This document shows, piece after piece, positions 10,770 to 21,246 of a stretch of DNA of 64,000 nucleotides; position 1 is the first letter of the stretch; every line of letters starts with the position of its first letter. The notes under the pieces are model-generated. The model was not told where the DNA came from. It was given only the letters and a program-made list of their open reading frames with translations, and made no database searches. Where the stretch lies: positions 22,276 through 86,275 of the forward strand of contig CAWEJX010000010.1 in the NCBI GenBank assembly GCA_963809485.1, in the 5' to 3' direction. The stretch is from an uncultured Acidobacteriota bacterium (lineage in GTDB: Bacteria > Acidobacteriota > UBA6911). Both the position numbers and the translations under genes were made by a program.

Positions 10770-11289
10770 CTACCTCCCCTTCTCTGCGACCGACAGGACA
10801 GCCTTCAACACGTGGTAGTGGCTGACGCAGCGGCAGAAATTGCCCGAGAGGGCTTCCTTGATCTCTTCTTCTGTAGGATGAGGATTTTCATTGAGAAGGG
10901 CCTTCGAGGTCATGATCATTCCGGGCGTGCAAAAACCGCACTGAAAGGCGGTGTGGTCGATGAAGGCCTGCTGCAGCGGATCGAGTGTCGCCGGTTTTCG
11001 GATCCCTCAAACCCTCGATGGTGTGAATGTTTTTGCCGTCGCATTCGATGGTGAGAATCTTGCAGGAATTGAACCGCCTTGCCATCCATGATGACCGTGC
11101 AAGCCCCGCAGGCGCCCTGGCCGCAGGCGGCTTTGGTGCCGGTCAGTCCGAGAGTCTCTCTCAGCGTGTGGACCAGCGTGTGCGCCGGATCGATCTGTCC
11201 CGGCCTGCTGCCCACATCGAGTTCTATGCCTGTCCGTTTACCGTCAAATGGATCGGTTTCGTTGCCGCCACTTTCTTCTCCTCAGACAC
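10770..11289 (-). pseudogene. Frameshifted (2Fe-2S)-binding subunit (XdhC/CoxS-like)
   Basis: [44 protein letters not shown] and LSGNFCRC recovered across frames. GTG start near 11289. Confidence 0.85.
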
Positions 11290-11464
11290 TTGTTGCCATT
11301 CAGTTTCTGTCAAAAAAACCGTGAATGAAATATGGGGTCAAGAAAACAGCCACGAATTAAAAGTACAGAATAATTGCAGCCGCCCCCGCATAGGTCAAGC
11401 AGTAATAGCTGATTTGCTGAAATTCCCGGTTCGCGGCGGCGCTTTCTATAGGGGATTTGCTGCT

Positions 11465-12235
11465 CTACAGCCCGCCGGCGGGAGCAGCCACGGCTTTCGC
11501 TTTAGGCGCCTCTTTCCCGGGAGCCCCCGGGACGCCATCGGGTTGCGGCGGCGACAGGTCGACATCATATCCGCCTATATCAGTCTGAGAAGGCAATTCG
11601 TGAACCAGCTTCAGAGCTCCCATCGGGCAGGTGGTTACACAGGCCTGGTTGCCCGAAGGCCCGCCCTTCTTGCTGAAATAGGGAGAATCAGCACACAAAT
11701 CGCATTTGGTGGATTTTTTGGATGCGGGATTCCAAACCGTGCGGTGCGGGTTGAACGGGCATGTCCGGAGACAGGTCTGGCAGCCGATGCACTTTTGCGC
11801 GTCTATCATTCTCACATTGCCGTTTTCCGCGCTGACGTGACAGGCGCCGGTAGGGCAATTCTTGACGCACATCGGCTCGGGGCACTGGCGGCACACGTTG
11901 ATCTGGATATCGTAGGGATAGCGGGTAAGAACAGCACGGCTCACCTGAATCCGGGCCAGGGATATACTGGTTTCGCCGTCGTGGACGAGAGAGCAGGCAA
12001 GCATGCAGCTCTGGCATCCGGCACAACGCCGGCTGTCGTAAACTATATAGCCGGTGGAAAGAGCATATGGATTCTTTTCGGCGGCCACCGCCGCAGGTCC
12101 GGCCAACGAGCCTGCCGGGGTGCATGCGGTGAGCGCTCCGCCTGCCAGAACAGTTCCGCTGCCGACGACGAAATCGCGCCGTGTAAATTTTTTACTTTTG
12201 GACTTCCTGGATCCAGCCTTGTCGGCTCCAGCCAT
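11465..12235 (-). CDS. Tat-exported 4Fe-4S dicluster protein (DmsB/NrfC-like), possible lipoprotein
   Basis: TRRDFV twin-arginine signal, ALTAC lipobox-like motif, and four Cys clusters (CAGCQSCMLAC, CRQCPEPMCVKNCP, CIGCQTCLRTCP, CDLC...CVTTCP). Confidence 0.85.
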   Translation of the reverse strand: MAGADKAGSRKSKSKKFTRRDFVVGSGTVLAGGALTACTPAGSLAGPAAVAAEKNPYALSTGYIVYDSRRCAGCQSCMLACSLVHDGETSISLARIQVSRAVLTRYPYDIQINVCRQCPEPMCVKNCPTGACHVSAENGNVRMIDAQKCIGCQTCLRTCPFNPHRTVWNPASKKSTKCDLCADSPYFSKKGGPSGNQACVTTCPMGALKLVHELPSQTDIGGYDVDLSPPQPDGVPGAPGKEAPKAKAVAAPAGGL

Positions 12236-12648
12236 GGACGATACCTCCTGTAGCTTTCCTTTATATCAGGTTATCGGAACTATACAATTGCGCTTTGTGT
12301 GTCCGGCAACTGCGAATTGTCCTTAAAGCATCCGCTTGCCCGCATGATGCCGACATCTCGCCCGGTCCCTCACATATCTTAAAAATGGAGCCTGCAAGCT
12401 TGATATAATATTGCTTTAATTCATTCGCTGCCGTATATCAGGCCGCCTGGCATCCTATACTGAATATGGTCTCATATCTGACGCAATGCCGGCCGGGATT
12501 TTCGCTTCGGTCAAGGAATCCTCAGGCGACCGGGAAAGGGCCGTTCATGAACCTGCCCCCGAAATTCGGGGCCCAAAGGGAAATATATAACCAATTCCGG
12601 GATGATTAAAGGATATACCTGTAACAGATTGCCGGCGGGGCCGGAGCC

Positions 12649-13287
12649 ATGAGCGCAGACCTCGATTCAGGATTCGAGATACGGGATTCGAGATCAGCCC
12701 CTCGAGTCGTGAACCTGCGTTTTTATGAGGAACTTAACGATATTCTGCCTCCGGATAAAAGGAAGCGCCGATTTGCGCATCGGCTCAAGCCTTCGCAATC
12801 GGTTCGGGAAATTCTAAAAGACCTTTGCGTGCCATGCGCAGAAGTCGAGATGGTACTCGTCAACGGCGAATCGGTGGACTTCCCGCATCGTCCCGAAGAC
12901 GGGGATTTTGTCAGCGTCTATCCTGTCTTTGAGTCGATCGATGTGAAGCCGCTTGTGCGGCTGCGTGCGGCGCCTCTGCGCCGTTCGCGTTTCCTCGCGG
13001 GCAAGGGCTTGCGCCGCCTTGCGCGCAGTCTGCGCTCGCTGGGGTTTGATACTCTGGATTGCAGCTCCTGGCCGTGGGAGACCATCGTTCGCGTGATTGA
13101 TGAGGAACGGCGCATTTTGCTGACAAGAGAGTCAATTCAGGGGCGAATCCCGGAGATTTCCCGAGCCTGCGTCGTTCGGCATTCGCAGCCGGGCGAACAG
13201 CTGACAGAGGTCCTGTCAAGATTCGATCTATCGATTCCTGTGGATCTTTCAGCCGGCAGTCCCTCTCCCCGCAAAACTGAAAGATGA
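12649..13287 (+). CDS. Mut7-C ubiquitin-like plus RNase(PIN)-domain protein, C-terminally truncated
   Basis: LRFYEELND, EVEMVLVNGESVDF, VSVYPVFESID, LARSLRSLGFDT, RILLTR. The usual Cys-rich tail is absent. Confidence 0.75.
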   Translation: MSADLDSGFEIRDSRSAPRVVNLRFYEELNDILPPDKRKRRFAHRLKPSQSVREILKDLCVPCAEVEMVLVNGESVDFPHRPEDGDFVSVYPVFESIDVKPLVRLRAAPLRRSRFLAGKGLRRLARSLRSLGFDTLDCSSWPWETIVRVIDEERRILLTRESIQGRIPEISRACVVRHSQPGEQLTEVLSRFDLSIPVDLSAGSPSPRKTER

Positions 13288-14054
13288 CGAATGACGGCCT
13301 AAGAATGTCGATTGAAGCCTTTGCTAATTCGTCCATCGTCCATAATCCATCTTCCATCTATCCTCCGGTTTTTCAGGCTCTCAACGCTCAGCACCTGGCA
13401 GCCCTGGGTATTATGGCCTCGCTGGGCGTGGCCATCGCCTGGGCTTCGGCCATATTGCCGCCGGTTCCGCGCAAATGGCTGGGACGGTTCATAGGACTTC
13501 TGTTGCTCGGTTATGCCGCGGTTTTTTACATCCAACAGGGGATCGGACATTCTTTGAGCTGGGAATATTCGCTGCCCCTCGAGTTATGCAGTCTGGTGCT
13601 GATCGCCTGCATTCTTTGCATGTTCTGGCCTCATCCGTTCACGGCGGAAATCGCGTATTTTTGGGGATTGGGCGGGGTTTTGCAGGCCATCGCCACTCCC
13701 GATCTTGCCTTGGGCTTTCCATCATGGGAATTCATCCTGTTTTTCTGGGGCCATGGGGCCACGGTGCTCGCCATTGTTTATTTGATTGCGGGCGGGTCCT
13801 TCAGGCCGAGCCGGGTCAGCGTCCTGAGGATGATGTTGGCATTGAATTTATATGGGCTGGCGGTGGGTGCCATAGATGCCGTCATGGGATGGAATTACGG
13901 CTTCCTGTGCCGGAAGCCTTCAATGCCTTCGCTGCTTGATTACCTGGGTCCGTGGCCGTGGTACCTGCTGTCCCTGGAGCTGATAGCCCTCGTCAGCTTT
14001 TTTCTCCTGGACCTGCCATGGCGTCTTTTAATATTGTTCCGGAAGAAATCGTAA
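13284..14054 (+). CDS. YwaF/TIGR02206-like integral membrane protein (start uncertain)
   Basis: LPLELC, YFWGLGGVLQAIATPD, FFWGHG, NYGFLCRKP, SLLDYLGPWPWY. Confidence 0.8.
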   Translation: MTNDGLRMSIEAFANSSIVHNPSSIYPPVFQALNAQHLAALGIMASLGVAIAWASAILPPVPRKWLGRFIGLLLLGYAAVFYIQQGIGHSLSWEYSLPLELCSLVLIACILCMFWPHPFTAEIAYFWGLGGVLQAIATPDLALGFPSWEFILFFWGHGATVLAIVYLIAGGSFRPSRVSVLRMMLALNLYGLAVGAIDAVMGWNYGFLCRKPSMPSLLDYLGPWPWYLLSLELIALVSFFLLDLPWRLLILFRKKS

Positions 14055-14100
14055 GCGCGGACGGTCGGGAATCGGGCGAAGGATTCCGTTTCGAGGTGAT

Positions 14101-16017
14101 ATGGAGAAGAATCGCGAGTTCACTGTTCGAGCCGTGGTGATCGGTCTTGTGCTGAGCCTGGCCATGGCCGCCGCAAACATGTATCTTGGCCTTAAGGTCG
14201 GAATCACCATCAGCGCGAATATCCCCTGCAGTGTCATCGCTCTGATCCTTTTCCATACCATCCTGCGGTCCCGCACCATGGCGGAGGTGAACCTATCGCA
14301 GGCAACCGGCTCGGTCGGGGAAGGTATGGCTGCCGGCGTGATTTTTGTTTTTCCGGCCCTGGTGCTGTCAGGGGCGTACAAGCCCTCTGCCGAATGGGGG
14401 ATCCCGGAATATGCGACTGTAACACTGGCGGTTCTTGCCGGGAGCATTCTCGGGGTGGTTCTCACCGGTTTTTTAAGGCGGCCGATGGTGGTGGAATCCC
14501 TGGAACTGAAATACCCCGAAGGCGTGGCAACCGCCGAGATCCTGAAAACGGGCATGGCCGCATTTGGGGAAGGGCGCCGGGAAAGCATCGGGCAAGTCGT
14601 TGTCGCTTTTTTCGGCGGCCTTGCCGTGAAAGTTTTTTCATCCGGAGTCGCCGTGTTTCAGGAAACCGTCTCGGGCGCATTCCGGCTGGGTAATTCGGCC
14701 TTCAGGCTGGGATCGGATGTTTCGGCAGCGCTTGTGGGCGTGGGATTCATCATCGAATTTAACGGCGCAGCGCTTGTGGCTCTGGGAGGCGCTCTCGCGT
14801 GGCTGTTTTTCATTCCCCTCTTTACGGCACTGCAGCAAACGGCGGGCCCCGCAGCCGCTGCAGCCTCAACGGTATGGTCCGACCAGGTGCGCTACATAGG
14901 GGTGGGAGGAATGACGGTCGGGGGGCTCTGGTCGATCATTCAAATAAGACGCCAGCTGGTGGCCGGTATCCGTTCTGCAATAACAGGTTTGAGCGGGACC
15001 CGGGAAGTTGCCGCCGGATCCGCGGATCCGGGGGAAGCGGATTTGAAGCAGGGGACGATCTGGACCCTGATCGTGGCCGGGATATTGATTGCGGCGGGGG
15101 TATATTTCTTCAATGTCGGCGCTCTGAGTTCAGGCATCGCGACGTTGTACACAATCCTGGCGGTTTTTTTCTTTGTGGCGATTTCGGTCTATATCGTCGG
15201 ATTGATCGGGAGCACCAACCAGCCCGTTTCGGGAATCACCATCTGCACGTTTCTGCTCGCGGCGTTGTTTTTGTTCGCCGGGCAGGTCGGCGGAGCCGAG
15301 GCAGTCCGCACAATTCTGCTCGTGTCCGGAGTCGTCTGTCTCGCAGCCTGTCTTTCCGGAACGGCATCACAAAACTTCAAAACGGCTCTCATTGTGGGCG
15401 GTACTCCCCGGGCGCTCCAGGCGGGGCTCATCATCGCCGTGGTCGCCACGTCTCTGCTGGCGGCGCCGCTGATGGTGTTCCTGGACAAAGCATTCGGAAT
15501 CGGGTCGGAAAGGTTGCTCGCTCCGCAGGCCAGCATGTTTTCGGCCATGGCAAATGGCCTGTTTATGGAGGGATCCAGCCTGCCCTGGGATATGATTGCC
15601 CTGGGCGCCGGATTATCGGTTCTCCTGATTTTGCTTGGAGAGTACCTGCGGAGACGCGGATCGGCTTGCGGCATCAGCCCGATGGCGGTTGCGGTGGGAA
15701 TTTATCTTCCATTCACAACGACGCTTCCCATCCTGCTCGGCGGTCTGGTCCACCTGCTGGTGACCCGAAAATACCGCTCCCGAAACTTGCTGGAAAAAGC
15801 CATCCAGGCTGGAACCGTGCTCTGCGCAGGGTTGGTTGCCGGCGAAGCGCTGACCGGCATTTTCCTGGCTGTCCCGATCGGGCTGGATGTCCAGCTGCCA
15901 TTACCCGTGATCCACTCCGAACTGGTCCGGAGCATTCTTTCAATCCTATTGCTCATCGCCCTGCCCTGGGCAATTTACCGGTCGATTGCCAAACTGCCCG
16001 ACGATAGAGGCAGATAG
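14101..16017 (+). CDS. OPT family oligopeptide transporter
   Basis: EFTVRAVVIG, NMYLGLKVG, LKYPEGVATAEIL, NQPVSG, LAPQA, AVGIYLP; many TM helices. Confidence 0.92.
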   Translation: MEKNREFTVRAVVIGLVLSLAMAAANMYLGLKVGITISANIPCSVIALILFHTILRSRTMAEVNLSQATGSVGEGMAAGVIFVFPALVLSGAYKPSAEWGIPEYATVTLAVLAGSILGVVLTGFLRRPMVVESLELKYPEGVATAEILKTGMAAFGEGRRESIGQVVVAFFGGLAVKVFSSGVAVFQETVSGAFRLGNSAFRLGSDVSAALVGVGFIIEFNGAALVALGGALAWLFFIPLFTALQQTAGPAAAAASTVWSDQVRYIGVGGMTVGGLWSIIQIRRQLVAGIRSAITGLSGTREVAAGSADPGEADLKQGTIWTLIVAGILIAAGVYFFNVGALSSGIATLYTILAVFFFVAISVYIVGLIGSTNQPVSGITICTFLLAALFLFAGQVGGAEAVRTILLVSGVVCLAACLSGTASQNFKTALIVGGTPRALQAGLIIAVVATSLLAAPLMVFLDKAFGIGSERLLAPQASMFSAMANGLFMEGSSLPWDMIALGAGLSVLLILLGEYLRRRGSACGISPMAVAVGIYLPFTTTLPILLGGLVHLLVTRKYRSRNLLEKAIQAGTVLCAGLVAGEALTGIFLAVPIGLDVQLPLPVIHSELVRSILSILLLIALPWAIYRSIAKLPDDRGR

Positions 16018-16099
16018 GGATTCCGAAATTGGAGGCTCCCCGCCAGCCGTGATTGACCCTGACCTTCGGCCGCCGTAAAATTATCTATTTGGTCTATTC

Positions 16100-18905
16100 A
16101 TGCTAGATAAGATCGTGGTGCGCGGTGCGCGCCAGCACAATCTGAAGAATATCAGTCTCGAAATTCCACGGCACCAATTGACCGTAATAACGGGCCTTTC
16201 GGGTTCAGGCAAATCGAGCCTCGCTTTCGACACCATCTATGCCGAGGGGCAGCGGCGCTATATCGAATCGCTGTCCACATACGCGCGCCAGTTCCTGGAA
16301 AGGATGGAAAAGCCCGAAGTCGACAGCGCTGAAGGGCTTTCCCCCGCAATCAGCATCGAGCAGAAAACCACAAGCCGCAGTCCCCGCTCCACGGTCGGAA
16401 CTGTGACGGAAATATATGATTACATGCGACTGCTGTTTGCCTCGATCGGCAAACCGATTTGCCACATCTGCGGCAAACCGATCTCGCACCAGACTGCCGA
16501 CCAGATTGTCGATCTGATTGCGGCATACCCCGAAAACACCAGGGTCCTCATCATGGCGCCGGTGGTTCGCGACCGCAAGGGAGAGTTCAAAAAGCTCTTT
16601 GAAAAGTATACCCAAAAGGGCTACTTGCGGGTACGGGTGGACGGGAAGGTGCGTGATATCGAGGAAGAGATCCGGCTCAGCAAAACCCGCAATCACACCA
16701 TCGAAATTATTGTGGACCGTATCCTCATCAAACCGGGAATACGCCGCAGGCTGGAACAGTCCGTAAGGGCTGCGACAGAACTGGCCGAGGGATTGGTGAC
16801 CGTCGCCGCACTGGAAATGGAAGAGAGGCTTTTCTCCGAGCGTCAGGCCTGCATCGATTGCGGCGTAAGCATTCCCACGCTCGAGCCGCGCTCATTTTCT
16901 TTCAACTCCCGGCACGGCGCCTGCCCCGAATGCAGCGGCATGGGAACGCGCCTGGTCGTAAATCCGGGCAATGTGATCCTCGATCCTGCCCAGCCTATTT
17001 CCTCGCTCAAGTTCCCGATCGAGGACAAATGGATTGGAAATTATCTTCATGAGGCTCTTATCCAGTTGGCCCGAAAGCATAAAATAGATCTCAAAACCCC
17101 ATTTGAGAAGCTCCCGGCCAGGTTTAAGGAAGTTTATTTTTTCGGAAGCCGCGCGCCGGTTGCCGGCGATGCGGGCGGTCGAAGTCCAGAGGGAACTTTC
17201 CCGGGCATAGGCCGGGGGCTCCAGGCAGTTTTGGAGGACCAGGAGAGTTCCCGATTCCACGAGGAGATTACAAAGCTTTTCTCAGCCCAGGACTGTCCCG
17301 TGTGCATGGGATCCCGCCTGAGGCCTGAAAGCCGTGCTGTCAGAATAAACAATCTCGGAATCTCAGATTATGCCCGGATGCCCCTGGAAAGTGCGGCCAG
17401 AGCATTCAATGAAATAAAGCTGACTCCGAGAGATGCGGAAATAGCCGGCCAGATACTGCGGGAGATTCGGGACCGCATGGATTTTTTGCTGAATGTCGGG
17501 GTCGGCTACCTTTCGCTCGACCGGCCTGCTTCATCCCTGTCCGGCGGCGAAGGGCAACGCATACGCCTTGCAACCCAGATCGGATCGAAACTACGCGGTG
17601 TTCTGTACGTCCTGGACGAGCCCTCGATCGGCCTTCATCCCAGGGATAACCGCCGGCTGCTGGATACTCTTGCCGGTTTGCGGGATATGGGCAACACCAT
17701 CCTCGTCGTCGAACACGACGAGGAGACGATGCGCAGCGCAGATCATATTGTTGACCTTGGTCCGGGCGGAGGCCGGGCCGGAGGGCAGGTTGTGGTCACG
17801 GGCACGATAGAGGACGTCATGCGCTCACCGGAATCCGTCACGGGCAAGTACCTGACCGGCGAGCTTCGGATCGACTATGCCGACCAACGGCGGAAAGGAA
17901 ATGGCAAATGCCTTGTGGTGAAGGGAGCACGCCACAATAATCTCAAAAACCTCGACGTGTAATTTCCCGCTCGGATTATTCATTTGTGTGACCGGAGTCT
18001 CGGGCGCGGGCAAATCTACGCTGGTCGGGGATATTCTCTATAAATCGCTCTCACGCAAGCTGCACCGGGCTTTGACTGATCCCGGCCTGCACAGCGAAAT
18101 CCTGGGTGTCGAACACCTGGATAAGGTGATTGAAATCGATCAGTCTCCTATCGGGCGGACGCCGCGGTCCAATCCTGCGACCTATACCGGGCTTTTTACG
18201 CCTCTAAGAGAGCTTTTTGCCATGCTGCCTGAGTCCCGCATAAGGGGCTATAAACCCGGCAGGTTCAGTTTTAACGTCAAAGGGGGACGCTGTGAAGACT
18301 GCCAGGGGGATGGTCTGCGCCGCATCGAAATGAGTTTCCTGCCCGATGTCCACGTTTTGTGCGAAACATGCCAGGGGAAGCGCTATAACCGTGAAACTCT
18401 CGCCGTAAAATACAAAGGATTTTCCATCGCCGATGTGCTCGAAATGAATATCAGCGATGCGTATGTGCTGATGGAAAACATACCCTCGATCGCGCAGAAG
18501 CTGCAGACCCTGAACGATGTCGGGCTGGGCTATGTCCAGCTCGGCCAGCAGGCCACGACTCTTTCGGGCGGCGAAGCTCAGCGCGTCAAGCTTTCGAAGG
18601 AGCTAAGCCGGCGGGCGACAGGACGAACGCTTTACATACTTGACGAACCGACCACCGGGCTTCATTTCCACGATGTCAAGAAACTCCTGGATATACTGAA
18701 CAGCCTCGCGGACCGGGGCAACACGGTCATCGTCATCGAGCACAACCTGGATGTTATTAAAATGGCGGACCGGATTATTGATCTCGGCCCCGAGGGGGGA
18801 GAGGGCGGCGGAAGAATCGTCGCGCAAGGAACTCCGGAGCAAGTCGCCCGGGCGTCAGGGTCTGAAACCGGCCGTGCCCTGCGTAAAATGCTTGTCAGTT
18901 ATTAG
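16100..18905 (+). CDS. uvrA: Excinuclease ABC subunit A, split by one +1 frameshift near 17960
   Basis: [51 protein letters not shown]. Removing one base at about 17960 restores [19 protein letters not shown]. Confidence 0.95.
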
Positions 18906-19044
18906 CTATTAGTTATTAGGGATTAGTTATTAGGGATTAGGGAGATCAGGTAGTTGAGAAGTACCGATAAATTGCTACCTATTGTAATAGCAATACTTTT
19001 TCAAAAAAGGCAATCTTTCCTAATCCCTAATCCCTAATCCCTAA
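18897..19044. repeat. Inverted pair of heptamer tandem repeats (TTAGGGA / TCCCTAA) around a roughly 75 bp spacer
   Basis: Left arm 18897-18943 is a mix of TTAGGGA, TTAGTTA and TTAGCTA. Right arm 19019-19044 is (CCTAATC)n. Confidence 0.9.
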
Positions 19045-19055
19045 GAGGTGCGGGA

Positions 19056-19694
19056 ATGAAGGTCAGCGAGATTTTTTTCAGCATACAGGGGGAGTCGTCA
19101 TTCGCCGGGCAGCCCTGCGCTTTCGTGCGGATGGCTGGCTGCAATCTCCGTTGCAGCTACTGCGATTCCCGGTACGCTTTTTATGACGGCACGGAAATGT
19201 CCGTCCCCGAAATAATGGAAGCCGTCAAACCGCATCCCACGACTCTGGTGCTGGTCACCGGCGGGGAGCCGATGCTTCAGGAATCGGTCCATCACCTTTT
19301 CAGGCAATTGCTCGAAAGCGGCTATACGGTTCTGCTTGAAACCGGGGGGCAGGTCCTGCTGTCGCGGGTGGATCCGCGCGTGCACAAAATCATGGATTTC
19401 AAGTGTCCTTCCAGCGGGATGTGCGACCATAATGATTACGGCAATGTCGATTGGCTGACGCGCAACGACGAAGTTAAGTTTGTAATCGGCGGCCGCGAGG
19501 ATTTTGACTGGGCCTGCGATATTGTGCGTCGATACGGTTTGGCCTCCCGGGTGGGCGCCATTCTCTTTGCTCCGGTTTTCGGGAAGCTGCCCTATGCCGA
19601 TCTGGCTGCCTGGGTTTTGAGCTGCGGACTCCCGATCCGCCTGCAGCTGCAGCTGCACAAGATAATTTGGCCCGATATTCCACGCGGGGTGTAG
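19056..19694 (+). CDS. queE: 7-carboxy-7-deazaguanine synthase (radical SAM)
   Basis: EIFFSIQGES, GCNLRCSYCD, TGGEP, LQLQLHKIIW. Confidence 0.9.
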   Translation: MKVSEIFFSIQGESSFAGQPCAFVRMAGCNLRCSYCDSRYAFYDGTEMSVPEIMEAVKPHPTTLVLVTGGEPMLQESVHHLFRQLLESGYTVLLETGGQVLLSRVDPRVHKIMDFKCPSSGMCDHNDYGNVDWLTRNDEVKFVIGGREDFDWACDIVRRYGLASRVGAILFAPVFGKLPYADLAAWVLSCGLPIRLQLQLHKIIWPDIPRGV

Positions 19695-19740
19695 TCCTCA
19701 AAGGACAGGTTGAGATGACGCGCGCGCAAAAGGTTGCCTC

Positions 19741-21246
19741 ATGAATATTTGGGATCTGGCGAGTCCAATAAGGAAGCGGATAAGCGAGGAGATGGGAATC
19801 CTGCGCAAGCCGGCTTCTCTTAAAATCGCTCTCTGTCACCCCGCTCCCTACCCGGTGGGAATGAGTTCGCTTGGATTCCAGACAATCTATCGAGAGATTC
19901 ATCGGCATCCGGGGGCAAGCGCCGAGCGGGCCTTTCTGCCGGACAATATCGGGGAATATAGGAGAAGCCGTACTCCGGTATTCAGCTACGAAGGCGAAGT
20001 GCCGCTGTCGGATTTCCCCATCGTGGCCTTTTCCATCGCCTATGAACTGGAGTTGACGGGGCTTCTGGAGATGCTGGACCTCAGCGGCATTCCGCTGCTC
20101 AGGCAGGACCGCAACGGAAGGCATCCGCTCGTGATAGCGGGCGGTCCATTGACGGCCTCCAATCCGGCAATATTGGCTCCCTTTGTGGATCTCATAATCC
20201 TTGGCGAAGGGGAAGAACTGGTCCACGCCTTTTTGGACGCTGCCGTCGACACTTCCATAAAGGAATTGCCGGCCCGTTTTTCCGGAACGCCCGGCTGCTA
20301 TGCGCCGGGGTTAACCGCGGAGATGTCCGGATTGGCGAGGATCCGTGATGCCGGCCTTCCTGCCTATTCGCAGATTCTCACAAAGAATTCCGTTCTGGCT
20401 TCAATGTTTTTGATAGAACCGGAACGCGGCTGTTCAAGAAACTGCGCTTACTGTGTCATGCGGCGCACTTCAAGTGGCGGGATGCGGCTCGTTTCCCCTG
20501 AAAAGGTGATTTCGCTTATCCCGGAAAATGCACGGCGGGTCGGCCTGGTCGGCGCCGCAGTCACGGATCATCCTCATATCGGCGAACTGATCGACAGAAT
20601 TGTTGCGGGAGGGCGTGAAATAGGCATTTCGAGCCTGCGGGCCGACAGTCTGGATGAAGGACTGGTGCATTCTCTTGCGCGAGGAGGGTATAGAACTCTA
20701 ACGACGGCTCTGGACGGTGCTTCGCAGAGATTGCGTGATCTCATGAACCGGAGCACGGCTGAAAAACACCTGATTCGTGCGGCCGGGCTGGTGCGTGAAG
20801 CCGGGCTGAAGAACATGAAGCTTTATGTAATGCTGGGACTCCCGGGAGAAAAAATGGACGATGTGGATGAACTCATCCGTTTTTCCATTGAACTGGCGAA
20901 AATCGCGCCCCTGTCCCTGAGCATCTCGCCTTTTGTGGCAAAACGGAACACTCCTCTGGATGGAGCCGGCTTCGAACCGATACCACTGCTGACGGAAAAG
21001 TTGTCAAAAACGCGCCTGGATCTTACAAATAAGGTTGTGGTAAAGGAAAGCTCTGTCCGCTGGGCATGGGTCGAATACATGCTTTCTCAAGGTGGGGAAT
21101 CTGCCGGATTGGCTGCCATGGATGCATGGCGCGCAGGGGGCAGCTTCGCATCATGGAAAAAGGCTTTTGCCCGCCGTGAAGTCCAGGCATTCCAAAAGCC
21201 GCCGCTTTCCGGCGGCGGAAGGAAAGCTCCTGAAACCGATGCATAA
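19741..21246 (+). CDS. Radical SAM protein with a B12-binding-like N-terminus
   Basis: YPVGMSSLGFQTIY, AGGP, GEGEE, ERGCSRNCAYC, SSLRAD, YVMLGLPGE. Confidence 0.85.
   Translation: MNIWDLASPIRKRISEEMGILRKPASLKIALCHPAPYPVGMSSLGFQTIYREIHRHPGASAERAFLPDNIGEYRRSRTPVFSYEGEVPLSDFPIVAFSIAYELELTGLLEMLDLSGIPLLRQDRNGRHPLVIAGGPLTASNPAILAPFVDLIILGEGEELVHAFLDAAVDTSIKELPARFSGTPGCYAPGLTAEMSGLARIRDAGLPAYSQILTKNSVLASMFLIEPERGCSRNCAYCVMRRTSSGGMRLVSPEKVISLIPENARRVGLVGAAVTDHPHIGELIDRIVAGGREIGISSLRADSLDEGLVHSLARGGYRTLTTALDGASQRLRDLMNRSTAEKHLIRAAGLVREAGLKNMKLYVMLGLPGEKMDDVDELIRFSIELAKIAPLSLSISPFVAKRNTPLDGAGFEPIPLLTEKLSKTRLDLTNKVVVKESSVRWAWVEYMLSQGGESAGLAAMDAWRAGGSFASWKKAFARREVQAFQKPPLSGGGRKAPETDA

Noticed and set aside
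6141-11289. Selenocysteine readthrough or programmed frameshifting explaining the broken ORFs
   Set aside because: The breaks are numerous indels in both directions, not in-frame TGA codons or single slippery sites.
16020-16099. LexA box upstream of uvrA
   Set aside because: No recognisable SOS-box pattern.
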